NCBI RefSeq assembly: GCF_008000775.2
Contig: NZ_CP042905.2
Span: forward strand, 2,040,001 to 2,072,000
Source: Promethearchaeum syntrophicum
GTDB taxonomy: Archaea; Asgardarchaeota; Lokiarchaeia; Sigyniarchaeales; Promethearchaeaceae
Length of the DNA stretch: 32,000 nucleotides
Reading direction: 5' to 3'
The notes below the pieces were generated by a model. It saw only the letters and a list, made by a program, of their open reading frames with translations. It did no database searches and was not told the origin of the DNA. The translations under genes were made by a program, and so were the position numbers. The stretch's first letter is position 1. Every line of letters starts with the position of its first letter. Below are positions 9,503 through 18,686 of the stretch, in pieces.

Positions 9503-10375
9503 ATGACTAATCAGCAATATCGAAAAATAAAATTAGTGAAAAGAAGCCGTCAAGTAATGGAAGGGGCAGGAGTGCGATTGAAACGTGCTTTCGGTAGTCC
9601 TAACGATGCATTTTTTTTTGATCCGTTTTTATTATTAGACGATTTTCACTCGGACAAGCCGAAAGATTATCTTAAAGGATTTCCGTGGCATCCGCACAGA
9701 GGAATTGAAACAATAACTTATATGTTACATGGCGAAGTAGAACATCAAGATAGCTTAGGGAATAAGGGAATGATCTGTCAAGATGAAGTTCAGTGGATGA
9801 CAGCTGGAAGTGGAATAATCCATTCAGAAATGCCTAAACAACAAGAAGGTATACTTTGGGGGTTTCAACTTTGGGCAAATTTACCCGCTGTTGATAAGAT
9901 GATGAAACCTCGTTATAGGGATATAAGCAGTGATCAAATCTGTTTAGTACGGAGGGAGGATGGAACAAAAATTCGAGTGATTGCAGGAGAAGTTGATGGG
10001 TTCAAAGGACCGGTGACAGATGTTATAATCGATCCTCAATATTTAGATGTACAACTCCCTGCTCATTCTGAATTTATACAAAAAGTTCCAAGAAGTCATA
10101 CAGTATTTGCTTATGTTATTGAAGGAGAAGCCAGATTTGACCAATTTCATAATGACCTACTAGGAATAGAACAGATAGTATTATACGAAAAAAATACTGT
10201 AGGTAGAGTAAAAATTCAAACTGATAGTCATCCTGTTAGATTCTTGTTAATATCTGGAAAACCATTAAATGAACCAATTGCTTGGAATGGTCCAATTGTG
10301 ATGAATACGAGGGAAGAACTGAATACCGCTTTTCATGAATATAACAATGGCACATTTTTAAAATACAAGAACTAA
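9503..10375 (+). CDS. Pirin-family protein (bicupin)
   Basis: 290 aa; DPFLLLDDFHSDKP, FPWHPHRGIETITYMLHGEVEHQDSLGN, VQWMTAGSGIIHSEMP. Confidence 0.93.
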   Translation: MTNQQYRKIKLVKRSRQVMEGAGVRLKRAFGSPNDAFFFDPFLLLDDFHSDKPKDYLKGFPWHPHRGIETITYMLHGEVEHQDSLGNKGMICQDEVQWMTAGSGIIHSEMPKQQEGILWGFQLWANLPAVDKMMKPRYRDISSDQICLVRREDGTKIRVIAGEVDGFKGPVTDVIIDPQYLDVQLPAHSEFIQKVPRSHTVFAYVIEGEARFDQFHNDLLGIEQIVLYEKNTVGRVKIQTDSHPVRFLLISGKPLNEPIAWNGPIVMNTREELNTAFHEYNNGTFLKYKN

Positions 10376-10503
10376 TGTTGCTAGAATAGTGGTTTTTTTT
10401 TTAATTTTAATGGTTATTTAATTGAATTTACAAATGAAAAGTGATGAAATTCAAAAAATTAGTTAAAAAACATTATAATAGCATTTTGTAGATAATTATT
10501 ATT

Positions 10504-11640
10504 ATGTATAAGGCTATCCCTCAATATCGAAAATTGCAGCAACACTTGGATAAGCTCCCTATTGGATATCCAGAAACGGAATCTGGAGTTGAAATTCGGA
10601 TTTTACAGCATTTATTTACTACAGAAGAAGCCGAAATTGCAATTGACTTAGATCTAATGCCCACTACCGCTGAAAAACTTCATAAACGGATAAAGAACTC
10701 CAATTATTCAGTTGATGATCTAGAAGAAAAACTTGATAAAATGGCTGATAAAGGAGCTATTAACCGACATGTAAAAAAAAATGGTTTGAGACTTTTTAGT
10801 AGTGCTTTATTGGCTATTGGAATGTTTGAATTCCAAGTTGACAGGATGACCAAAGAATTTTATTCCGACTTTTTACAGTACCTGGACGAAGCTTTTCGTG
10901 ATGAAATTTTAAGTACACGAATCCCTCAACTACGAACTATCCCAACTGAAGGTTCTATTGCTCCTGATTTGCCCATTATGACATATGATAACATTAGAGA
11001 TATTATTTCTTCATATAAGGGGCCTATTGCGGTAGCGAATTGTGTTTGTAAGCAAGGAAATGATCTCCTTGGAGAACCCTGTCATCAAACGAAAATGAGA
11101 GAAATTTGTTTTACATTCGGGAGTTCTGCGCGCAAATTTATAAGCGAAGGATTAGGTAGAAGTATCGATAAAGAAGAAACGTTTAAAATCCTTAAACAAG
11201 CTGAAAAAGACGCTTTAGTTCTACAACCTTCAAATACTGAAGTTCCATTCTGTCTGTGTCTATGTTGTGGATGCTGTTGTGAGATTTTAACAAGTGCTAA
11301 ACCACTAGAAAATCCCGTTCAGTATTTTGCGACAAATTATCGGGCAATAATTGATACAGAAACATGTATTGGTTGTGGTGTATGTGAAACGCGATGTCAA
11401 ATGGATGCCATTTCAATTGTAGATGATAAAAGCGTCATTGATTATGAACGATGCATTGGATGTGGACTGTGTATTACTTCATGCCCTGAAGAAGCGATGA
11501 AATTAGAACATGTAGAACATACAAAAAAGCCACCAAAAAATGGTGTAGAGTTATATATGAATATATTGAGAAAGAAAGTAGGAAATGCAAAATACATCAT
11601 TATGTTAACAAAACAGTGGTTTGGGTCAAAATTTAACTAA
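10504..11640 (+). CDS. Putative N-terminally helical/wHTH-like Fe-S protein with CLCLCCGCCCEIL motif and C-terminal 2x[4Fe-4S] ferredoxin (copy A)
   Basis: 378 aa; CVCKQGNDLLGEPC, FCLCLCCGCCCEIL, CIGCGVCETRCQMDAI, CIGCGLCITSCPEEAM. Paralogue of 14840..15994. Confidence 0.85.
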   Translation: MYKAIPQYRKLQQHLDKLPIGYPETESGVEIRILQHLFTTEEAEIAIDLDLMPTTAEKLHKRIKNSNYSVDDLEEKLDKMADKGAINRHVKKNGLRLFSSALLAIGMFEFQVDRMTKEFYSDFLQYLDEAFRDEILSTRIPQLRTIPTEGSIAPDLPIMTYDNIRDIISSYKGPIAVANCVCKQGNDLLGEPCHQTKMREICFTFGSSARKFISEGLGRSIDKEETFKILKQAEKDALVLQPSNTEVPFCLCLCCGCCCEILTSAKPLENPVQYFATNYRAIIDTETCIGCGVCETRCQMDAISIVDDKSVIDYERCIGCGLCITSCPEEAMKLEHVEHTKKPPKNGVELYMNILRKKVGNAKYIIMLTKQWFGSKFN

Positions 11641-11674
11641 TTTTTTAAAAATTTGATAAATTATTCATAATAAA

Positions 11675-12487
11675 TTGAATTTGATCAATATGTATACGGT
11701 TGGAATTGACATTGGAAGCCTAGCAACAAAAATAGTGCTTTTAAGTGAGGGGAAAATTATAGCGATGATACAAAATCGCTCTTTACATAACTTTAGTGCA
11801 ATTGGAACCCAATTATTCAACCAAATTTTAGAAGAAAATAACCTTACTAATGGTGATATTGGAAATATTTACTCTACAGGATATGGAAGACATTCTATTC
11901 CCAATTTAACATCAAATATCGTAACAGAAATTTCTGCACACGCCCGAGGGGCACAATATTTTCATCCCAAAGTCCAAAGTATTATCGATATTGGCGGTCA
12001 AGATAGTAAGGTTATCAAAATAAATCCTAAATCGTTAAAAGTGATCGATTTCCAAATGAACGATAAATGTGCTGCAGGAACAGGTCGATTTTTAGAAGTG
12101 ATGGCAAATGCTTTAGACATCCCCATTGAGGATCTTGGAAATTTAGCTCTGGAAAGTAATTCTCCCGTACAGATCTCTTCAACTTGTACTGTGTTTGCTG
12201 AATCAGAAGTTATTGGACAATTTGCCCAAGGGGCGGCAAAACATGATATTGCAGCAGGAATTCATAATTCTATTGCAAAAAGAATTGCATCTATGGCAAA
12301 ACGGATTCAAGGTGTTGAGCCCATTGTATTTTGTGGAGGTGTCGCTTTAAATCCCGCGGTTAAAATTGCTTTAGAAAATGAATTAAAATTAAAATTAATT
12401 GTCCCCAAATATCCTCAATATACCGGAGCAATTGGAGCAGCTCTTATTGCTAAAGAAAAATTCAAAAATGGGAGTAAAATTCTTTGA
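11675..12487 (+). CDS. BcrAD/BadFG/HgdC-type ATPase: 2-hydroxyacyl-CoA dehydratase activase / benzoyl-CoA reductase ATPase-like
   Basis: 270 aa; VGIDIGSLATKIVLL, DIGGQDSKVIKI, NDKCAAGTGRFLEVMANAL, STCTVFAESEVIG, FCGGVALNPAVK. Confidence 0.93.
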   Translation: MNLINMYTVGIDIGSLATKIVLLSEGKIIAMIQNRSLHNFSAIGTQLFNQILEENNLTNGDIGNIYSTGYGRHSIPNLTSNIVTEISAHARGAQYFHPKVQSIIDIGGQDSKVIKINPKSLKVIDFQMNDKCAAGTGRFLEVMANALDIPIEDLGNLALESNSPVQISSTCTVFAESEVIGQFAQGAAKHDIAAGIHNSIAKRIASMAKRIQGVEPIVFCGGVALNPAVKIALENELKLKLIVPKYPQYTGAIGAALIAKEKFKNGSKIL

Positions 12488-13527
12488 AAACATTTGCGTA
12501 TTTTGATAGTTCTCATGAATTTCCAGAAGAAATTATAATTGCCGCTCAAATGAATCCATATAAAATTTTAGGGAAAAATGATTTTTCTACGGAATTAGCA
12601 GATCAATACATTCCACAATTTATGTGTGCAAATGCTAGAAGTTTTTTGAATCAAGCGTTAGAAGAATCCTCTAAATGGGAAGGAATTGCAATTGCACACG
12701 GTTGTGACGCAACGAATCGCCAATTTGATATATGGGAACAGCACGTTCAAACACCTTTTCTTTATTATATCCACAATCCGTTAAGAACAGATAGAATTGC
12801 TCAACGATTTTTTATTCGAGAAATCAAAGCGATGATCAATGCATTAGAATCTAAATATCGCATTAAAATCACTTTAGATCAACTTGAAAAGGCAATCCAA
12901 GTATCGAATAATATTAAGATATTGTTGCAGAGTTTATCCCAATTACGAATAATAAAAGATATTTCTAATTCTGAGTATTTCAATGTAGTTAAATATTGTG
13001 TACAAAATCCAAAAGAAGAAATAATTTCATATCTCAACTCTATTTTGTCAGATTGGAAAACGAGAAATTCATTTCCGATTAATAAGATCCCCATATTTTT
13101 AACGGGATCTGATATAACTCATGCTTTATGGTATGAATTATTAGAAAAAGTAAACCTTAGAGTAGTTAGGGATGATCTTACAATAGGAGAGCGATATTTT
13201 GCAACTTTGATCCCGACTGATAAAGATCCAATATCAAATATCGCGAAATATTATTTGAATATTCCCCGTTCTTCTACAAAGCATCCTACAAATCCCCGTA
13301 TTAATTATATTCTGAAAGCATGCAAAAGCGAGAAAATTCATGGAGTTGTATCCCAAATTATAAAATATTGTGAGACTTTTGCATATGATGTTCCATTCTT
13401 AAAATCTCAATTAGAAGTTATTCACATACCAGTAATTCATGTCGAACGAGAATTTACGGAAAATATTGATCAGCAAATTTCAACTCGATTAGAAGCTTTT
13501 GTAGAACTTTTAGAACAAAACCGTTAA
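12484..13527 (+). CDS. 2-hydroxyacyl-CoA dehydratase D-component / benzoyl-CoA reductase family subunit (smaller subunit)
   Basis: 347 aa, TTG start overlapping the activase stop by 4 nt; cysteines at FMCANARSFL, HGCDATNRQFD and YCETFAYDVPFL. Confidence 0.83.
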   Translation: MKTFAYFDSSHEFPEEIIIAAQMNPYKILGKNDFSTELADQYIPQFMCANARSFLNQALEESSKWEGIAIAHGCDATNRQFDIWEQHVQTPFLYYIHNPLRTDRIAQRFFIREIKAMINALESKYRIKITLDQLEKAIQVSNNIKILLQSLSQLRIIKDISNSEYFNVVKYCVQNPKEEIISYLNSILSDWKTRNSFPINKIPIFLTGSDITHALWYELLEKVNLRVVRDDLTIGERYFATLIPTDKDPISNIAKYYLNIPRSSTKHPTNPRINYILKACKSEKIHGVVSQIIKYCETFAYDVPFLKSQLEVIHIPVIHVEREFTENIDQQISTRLEAFVELLEQNR

Positions 13528-13544
13528 AATAGGAAAAAACTAAC

Positions 13545-14843
13545 ATGACTGCTAATTCTTCAACTCATCCTCCTCGGAAATTAGTAAAAACTCTCAAGAG
13601 CTCTAAAGATATTGGTAATTTAATAAAATGGTATATGCTAAAAGCTAAAATTGCAGAATTATTACCGTGGAAAAAATCAGCATGGATTACTTCCTCAACA
13701 TCAGTAGAATTACTCTGGGGATTTGACATTTTTCCATTGCACCCGGAAAACAATGCTTGCATTGCCGGAGCAAGGAAAATTTCGCAAGATTTGATTGAAC
13801 ATGCTGAAAGTTTAGGATATTCTCGTGATATTTGCTCGTATATGAAAACTAATGTAGGGGCTTTTGATAAAAAGATAAGTATTCAAATGGGTGGTATCGC
13901 AAAACCTGATTTTGTGGTAACCTCAGGAACTATCTGTGATACTCATGTAAAATGGTTTCAAAATCAAGCGCGAAGAATGGATGTACCAATTTATGTTTTT
14001 GATGTGCCTCATATTGTCAATAATACTTCAAGATCCACAAAAAATCGATATAAGGGATATGTAATTGATCAAATTTATGATTTCTTTGATTTTGTTGAAG
14101 ATACTGTGGGGAAGAAATTAAATGAAAAAAAATTGATAAAAACATGGCAAAATTCTCATCGATTAACCGATCTTTGGCAAAAAATTTATAATTACCGCAA
14201 AAAAGTTCCATCTCCTATCGGATTTGCTGATACTTTAGGAGATATCTTTCCTTTAGTTATATTGCCAGGAATTAAAAAAGGGATCAAGTATTTTGAAAAT
14301 ATTCTTAAAGAAGTAGAAGAAGATGTTGCTTTAGGGAAAGGAATATTACCAAAAGAAGAAGAAAAATACCGATTAATGTTTGAGGGAATACCAATGTGGT
14401 ATAGGATTAAGTTTTTTCATCAACTGATGAATTATGGAGCCGTTGTGACTTATGAACCTTATACTTTTTCTTTTGGGCCTTATCGCCCTTATGTGGATAA
14501 TCTAGAAGATGGGTTAAATGTGATGGCAGAACATTTAATGTATCAACCTTATATCTATAATTTATCAGATCGAATTGCGTATTTTAAAGATGTTATCAAA
14601 CAATATCATATTGATGGTGTGTTATTGCATGAAAATATGAGCTGTCGACCATCGTGTACAGGGCTGTACGATCTTAAACAAAAAATTCAACAAGATTTAG
14701 GAATTCCCGTTTTATTGTTTACTTGTGATATGAATGATCCCCGTGCTTATGCAGCGGAACAAATGCAAACTCGTATCGAAGGTTTTATGGAAGTTTTAGC
14801 GCAAAACAAAAAATATTCAAAAATTCAAAAAGCTTTAGATTGA
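13545..14843 (+). CDS. 2-hydroxyacyl-CoA dehydratase / benzoyl-CoA reductase family subunit (larger subunit)
   Basis: 432 aa; FPLHPENNACIAGARKISQD, VVTSGTICDTHVKWFQ, PIYVFDVPH, DGVLLHENMSCRPSCTGLYDL. Confidence 0.88.
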   Translation: MTANSSTHPPRKLVKTLKSSKDIGNLIKWYMLKAKIAELLPWKKSAWITSSTSVELLWGFDIFPLHPENNACIAGARKISQDLIEHAESLGYSRDICSYMKTNVGAFDKKISIQMGGIAKPDFVVTSGTICDTHVKWFQNQARRMDVPIYVFDVPHIVNNTSRSTKNRYKGYVIDQIYDFFDFVEDTVGKKLNEKKLIKTWQNSHRLTDLWQKIYNYRKKVPSPIGFADTLGDIFPLVILPGIKKGIKYFENILKEVEEDVALGKGILPKEEEKYRLMFEGIPMWYRIKFFHQLMNYGAVVTYEPYTFSFGPYRPYVDNLEDGLNVMAEHLMYQPYIYNLSDRIAYFKDVIKQYHIDGVLLHENMSCRPSCTGLYDLKQKIQQDLGIPVLLFTCDMNDPRAYAAEQMQTRIEGFMEVLAQNKKYSKIQKALD

Positions 14844-15994
14844 TTAATATTATAATGCAAACTACAACTTCCCAATATCGAAAATTACAGCAACATCTTG
14901 ATAGACTCCCAATAGGATTCCCAGAAACGGAATCAGGAGTCGAAATACGAATTTTACAACATTTATTTACTCCAGAAGAAGCAGAAATTGCCGTTTTCCT
15001 TAATCTACTCCCTGAAAAAATACAAAAAATCAATAAACGATTAAAAAAGAAAAAAAAAAATCTGACAGAATCTGAACTTGAAAAAGTCTTAGATAACCTT
15101 AATGAAAAGGGAGCCATAAGTCGACATATAACACAAGACGGGACTAAATATTTTAGTATTGCCATGTTAGCTATTGGAATGTTTGAATTTCAAGTTAACC
15201 GTATGACCAAAGAATTTTATACAGATTTCGCGCAATATTTAGAAGAAGCATTCCGAGATGAATTTTTAAGCACCCGAATCCCCCAATTAAGGACTATTCC
15301 AACCGAAGGAAGCATTACCCCAGAATTACCTATTATGACATATGATAACATTCGCCATATAGTTACAAATTATAATGGTCCAATTGCTGTAACAAATTGT
15401 GTTTGTAAACAAGGTCAGGATATGCTTAATAATCCATGTAAACAAACGAAAATGAGAGAAATTTGTTTTATTTTTGGCAGTGCCGCTCGCAAATATGCAG
15501 AATCCGATTGGGGCAAAGTATTAACCAAGGATGAAGCATTTGAAATTCTCAAACAAGCCGAAAAGGATGGATTAGTTTTACAACCTTCAAATACTGAAAA
15601 AATTTTTTGCTTATGTCTATGCTGTGGGTGCTGTTGTGAAATTTTAACAAGCGCTAAACCACTAGAAAATCCCGTTCAGTATTTTGCAACCAATTATCGG
15701 GCAATAGTAAATATAGAAACATGTATAGGCTGCGGTATTTGTGAAAATCGATGTCAAATGGATGCAATTTCAATTGAGGATGGAAAAAGTGTTATTGATT
15801 ATAGTCATTGTATTGGTTGTGGGCTATGTGTAACTTCATGCCCTCAAGAAGCCATGAAATTGGAACATGTGGGGCATCAAAGAAAACCACCAAAAAACAC
15901 CGGATTACTTTATATGAGTATCCTCAGGAAAAAAATTGGAAATGCGAAATTTATTATTATGCTCACAAAACAATTGTTTGGAAAAACTTTTTAA
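14840..15994 (+). CDS. Putative Fe-S protein with CLCLCCGCCCEIL motif and C-terminal 2x[4Fe-4S] ferredoxin (copy B)
   Basis: Closely similar to 10504..11640 at protein and DNA level. The ORF opens at TTG 14840; the ATG at 14855 is the likelier start. Confidence 0.85.
   Translation: MINIIMQTTTSQYRKLQQHLDRLPIGFPETESGVEIRILQHLFTPEEAEIAVFLNLLPEKIQKINKRLKKKKKNLTESELEKVLDNLNEKGAISRHITQDGTKYFSIAMLAIGMFEFQVNRMTKEFYTDFAQYLEEAFRDEFLSTRIPQLRTIPTEGSITPELPIMTYDNIRHIVTNYNGPIAVTNCVCKQGQDMLNNPCKQTKMREICFIFGSAARKYAESDWGKVLTKDEAFEILKQAEKDGLVLQPSNTEKIFCLCLCCGCCCEILTSAKPLENPVQYFATNYRAIVNIETCIGCGICENRCQMDAISIEDGKSVIDYSHCIGCGLCVTSCPQEAMKLEHVGHQRKPPKNTGLLYMSILRKKIGNAKFIIMLTKQLFGKTF
15971..15994. repeat. 24-nt repeat at the 3' end of the copy B Fe-S gene
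   Basis: caattgtttggaaaaactttttaa, identical to 16931-16954. Confidence 0.9.
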
Positions 15995-16042
15995 CATTTT
16001 TTTTTAGGAATTTTTTTAGCAATGAATATTTAACACTAAATT

Positions 16043-16747
16043 ATGATTGAATATTTCGTTTATTTCTTCCAATTGTTGCTTGTCTGTGGTGCATTTTTTA
16101 TTTCATTTACTCTTCTAAAACAGAATAAAAAATACCTTGGGAATCAATTGTTATCTGCTTCTCTAGGACTTGTTGGCATATATGCACTCTTGCTATTCAT
16201 CTATAAAGTTCTAAACAGTGCCACTCTTCTTCAAATTTGCATTAGAATTGGATTTTCTGCTTTATTATTCTCAGTATTTCTTCTATTTTGTACAATTCAA
16301 GTTCTTATGTATTCTTCTGTTATATTTAAAACAAAAAAAATGAAATTAATAATTTTCTTCTTGTTAGCACTAAGCATCTCAATAATTCTATTTGTTTCGG
16401 ATTGGATTTTAGTACAAAATGAGGATATCACAACTATGGAATATTATATGCCTGTATTTATAGCTTTCGCAGGATATATTGCATTTATGCTGATCTATTC
16501 ATCGATTACTCTTTATATATTTGGAATAAGAAAAAATACCGGTAAATCCAAACAATATATGTGGTTTTTCTTTATAGGGCTTGTATTTATGATTTTAGGT
16601 TTGGTAACAGAAGGTTTGGGTTCTGCAATTGAAGGTTTGGCTGGATTATTCGATATGCTGTTGTTTATTTGTTTATCTATCGGTGTGATTTTCATGGCAT
16701 TATCTTTATTGAGAAAAAAAGAGAAGAGTAATTTAGCTTCTAACTGA
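16043..16747 (+). CDS. Seven-TM-like membrane protein (paralogue-like to 25015..25713)
   Basis: 234 aa with about seven hydrophobic segments and a short charged tail LLRKKEKSN. Confidence 0.65.
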   Translation: MIEYFVYFFQLLLVCGAFFISFTLLKQNKKYLGNQLLSASLGLVGIYALLLFIYKVLNSATLLQICIRIGFSALLFSVFLLFCTIQVLMYSSVIFKTKKMKLIIFFLLALSISIILFVSDWILVQNEDITTMEYYMPVFIAFAGYIAFMLIYSSITLYIFGIRKNTGKSKQYMWFFFIGLVFMILGLVTEGLGSAIEGLAGLFDMLLFICLSIGVIFMALSLLRKKEKSNLASN

Positions 16748-16779
16748 AAAAAATAAATAAATCAATAAAAAAACGGCGA

Positions 16780-16931
16780 GATTTGGGTAACTTTTTGCAT
16801 AAGTAATCATGAAATTCCCATGTTTACGAAATTCCGTCATTTTTCCCAAATATTCAATTCTTGGCTAACCCAATAAGCCTTAATTTTTTAAACATACCTA
16901 TTTTTTCCATCTCTACGCTCGAATTCAGAAC
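16780..16931. repeat. 152-bp direct repeat, left copy
   Basis: Near-identical to 18687-18836. The last 64 nt (16868-16931, acccaataagcc...gaattcagaac) are identical. Confidence 0.95.
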
Positions 16932-16954
16932 AATTGTTTGGAAAAACTTTTTAA
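16931..16954. repeat. 24-nt repeat, intergenic copy fused directly to the 152-bp repeat
   Basis: Identical to the terminal codons of copy B (15971-15994), abutting the end of the 16780-16931 repeat. Confidence 0.9.
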
Positions 16955-17195
16955 TATTTTTTAAAAAAAATTGAATAGATAGCTAAGCTAAGAAAAATAA
17001 AATTATCATTAAAAAAGATAAAATTAAGGATGCTTCTTGAACAAATATCATAAATTTCCTAGGCATTTAGAACGATTAAGTGACTATTATCAATTGATTT
17101 GATGAATAATGTTCTTTTAGAAGATAATTTATAAAAAGTTTAAATATTAAATGAAACAAAGGAAAAATATTACAGTAATCCAAATGTGATAAAAA

Positions 17196-18569
17196 ATGAT
17201 AAATACTATCCAAAAAAAATTCCATCCAATCGCAAGAAATTTAACCATTTTAATTATTATTATCCAAATTTTATCGATAAGTCAAATAATATTTTGGTTT
17301 CAATTAAAGCAAGAATTAACTGAATTACCAATTCTTATTTTTACTATACCCTTTCTTCTACATCTGATTTTTCTTTTCATTTCAATCTCCTCTTTAAAAA
17401 AGAATCCTTTGGATTTTCCAAAATTTTCATTAATAATATTTTTGATTGCTTTAAGTATTTCATTAATATTTAGTAGATATGGCTTTTTTGAAACGGATCC
17501 TGACATTCGGCTACATAATCTCCTAATTATAATCTTTATTTTTTATATCATTTGCATTATTGTCTATTTAATTATTTTATTCGTAAATCTGATAGAAAAG
17601 AACCAATTAATTGAGACTTTTCTTGAAGATCAAGTAGAAATGAACATAAATTCACACAAATCGATAGATTTCAATAATGCAGAAAAAATTTTAGCTATTA
17701 ACATTATAAAAATAATTAATCGAATTTTCGAGCAAAAAAGAATTAAAATATGGTGGATAAATAAAGTATATTCTGATTCTCTTTATGATTTTAATTCCAA
17801 TCACTCAAAAATATTTATAATAATCCCTAATGTGGTCAAATACTTTGCGGAAAAAGCCAAAATTGATGAAAAAATTAAATTTGATGATGTTTCTTCAGAA
17901 TTAAATCTAAGTTCTTACGCACTCAAGAAGCTTCTCCAATATTTACGTGATAAATCAATATGTAATTTAAATTTAAGCCAAGATAATATGTACATTGATT
18001 TCGGTCGTTTTGTAAAAGATCAAATTGTAGATTTATCAATTCAAAATCTGGCTTCTTCTTCACCAATTCCTAATGATAATAATATTAGTAATCCAATATA
18101 TAAACAGAAAGAAGTTCAACAAAAAAGCAAAATTACTGCAGGTCTTTTTGGTATATTCCTTGGTGATTTTGGAATCCATCATTTCTATCTAGGAAACATC
18201 AGCAAAGGAATTCTTATGCTTGTTTTTTGCTGGACAGGAATCCCCGGTATTATAGGTTTAATTGAAGGAATTATGATTTTAGGCTCGTCAGATCAAGAAT
18301 TTGAAAATAAATATATTATTCTTTCTTCAAGTGCGAACTATTCTCAGAAAATTACGAATTATCATAATAATCGATCTCAATCCTCATCAAATTCAAATCT
18401 AATAAATACAGCTACTATACCATCCTCAGAGAATTTGAACCAAGATAAAAATTCAAGAGTTTCTCCTACTCTTTCAATTAAAAACTCTTTTTGTCCAAAA
18501 TGTGGAAGGAAATTAGATGGATGGTTTGAATTCTGCCCACAGTGCGGATTAAAACTACCGAATAATTAA
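17196..18569 (+). CDS. Membrane protein with wHTH-like middle region, TM2 domain and C-terminal zinc ribbon
   Basis: 457 aa; TM2 core KSKITAGLFGIFLGDFGIHHFYLGNISKGILMLVFCWTGIPGIIGLIEGIMIL; zinc ribbon FCPKCGRKLDGWFEFCPQCGLKL. Confidence 0.8.
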   Translation: MINTIQKKFHPIARNLTILIIIIQILSISQIIFWFQLKQELTELPILIFTIPFLLHLIFLFISISSLKKNPLDFPKFSLIIFLIALSISLIFSRYGFFETDPDIRLHNLLIIIFIFYIICIIVYLIILFVNLIEKNQLIETFLEDQVEMNINSHKSIDFNNAEKILAINIIKIINRIFEQKRIKIWWINKVYSDSLYDFNSNHSKIFIIIPNVVKYFAEKAKIDEKIKFDDVSSELNLSSYALKKLLQYLRDKSICNLNLSQDNMYIDFGRFVKDQIVDLSIQNLASSSPIPNDNNISNPIYKQKEVQQKSKITAGLFGIFLGDFGIHHFYLGNISKGILMLVFCWTGIPGIIGLIEGIMILGSSDQEFENKYIILSSSANYSQKITNYHNNRSQSSSNSNLINTATIPSSENLNQDKNSRVSPTLSIKNSFCPKCGRKLDGWFEFCPQCGLKLPNN

Positions 18570-18686
18570 TTTTTTAATTATTCTGATGTACACGAGAAAT
18601 ATAAATTAATTTTAAATTAAATCTTTTTTAATAGAAATTAAAAGAATAAAAAAGGTAAAACATTGTGAGTTATTAAAGAAATGTTA

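Noticed and set aside
15041-15061. A-rich tract (A6-G-A11) in the copy B gene as a programmed frameshift site
   Set aside because: The frame reads straight through as RLKKKKKNLTE and stays aligned with copy A on both sides. It is worth checking for sequencing errors but there is no evidence for slippage.
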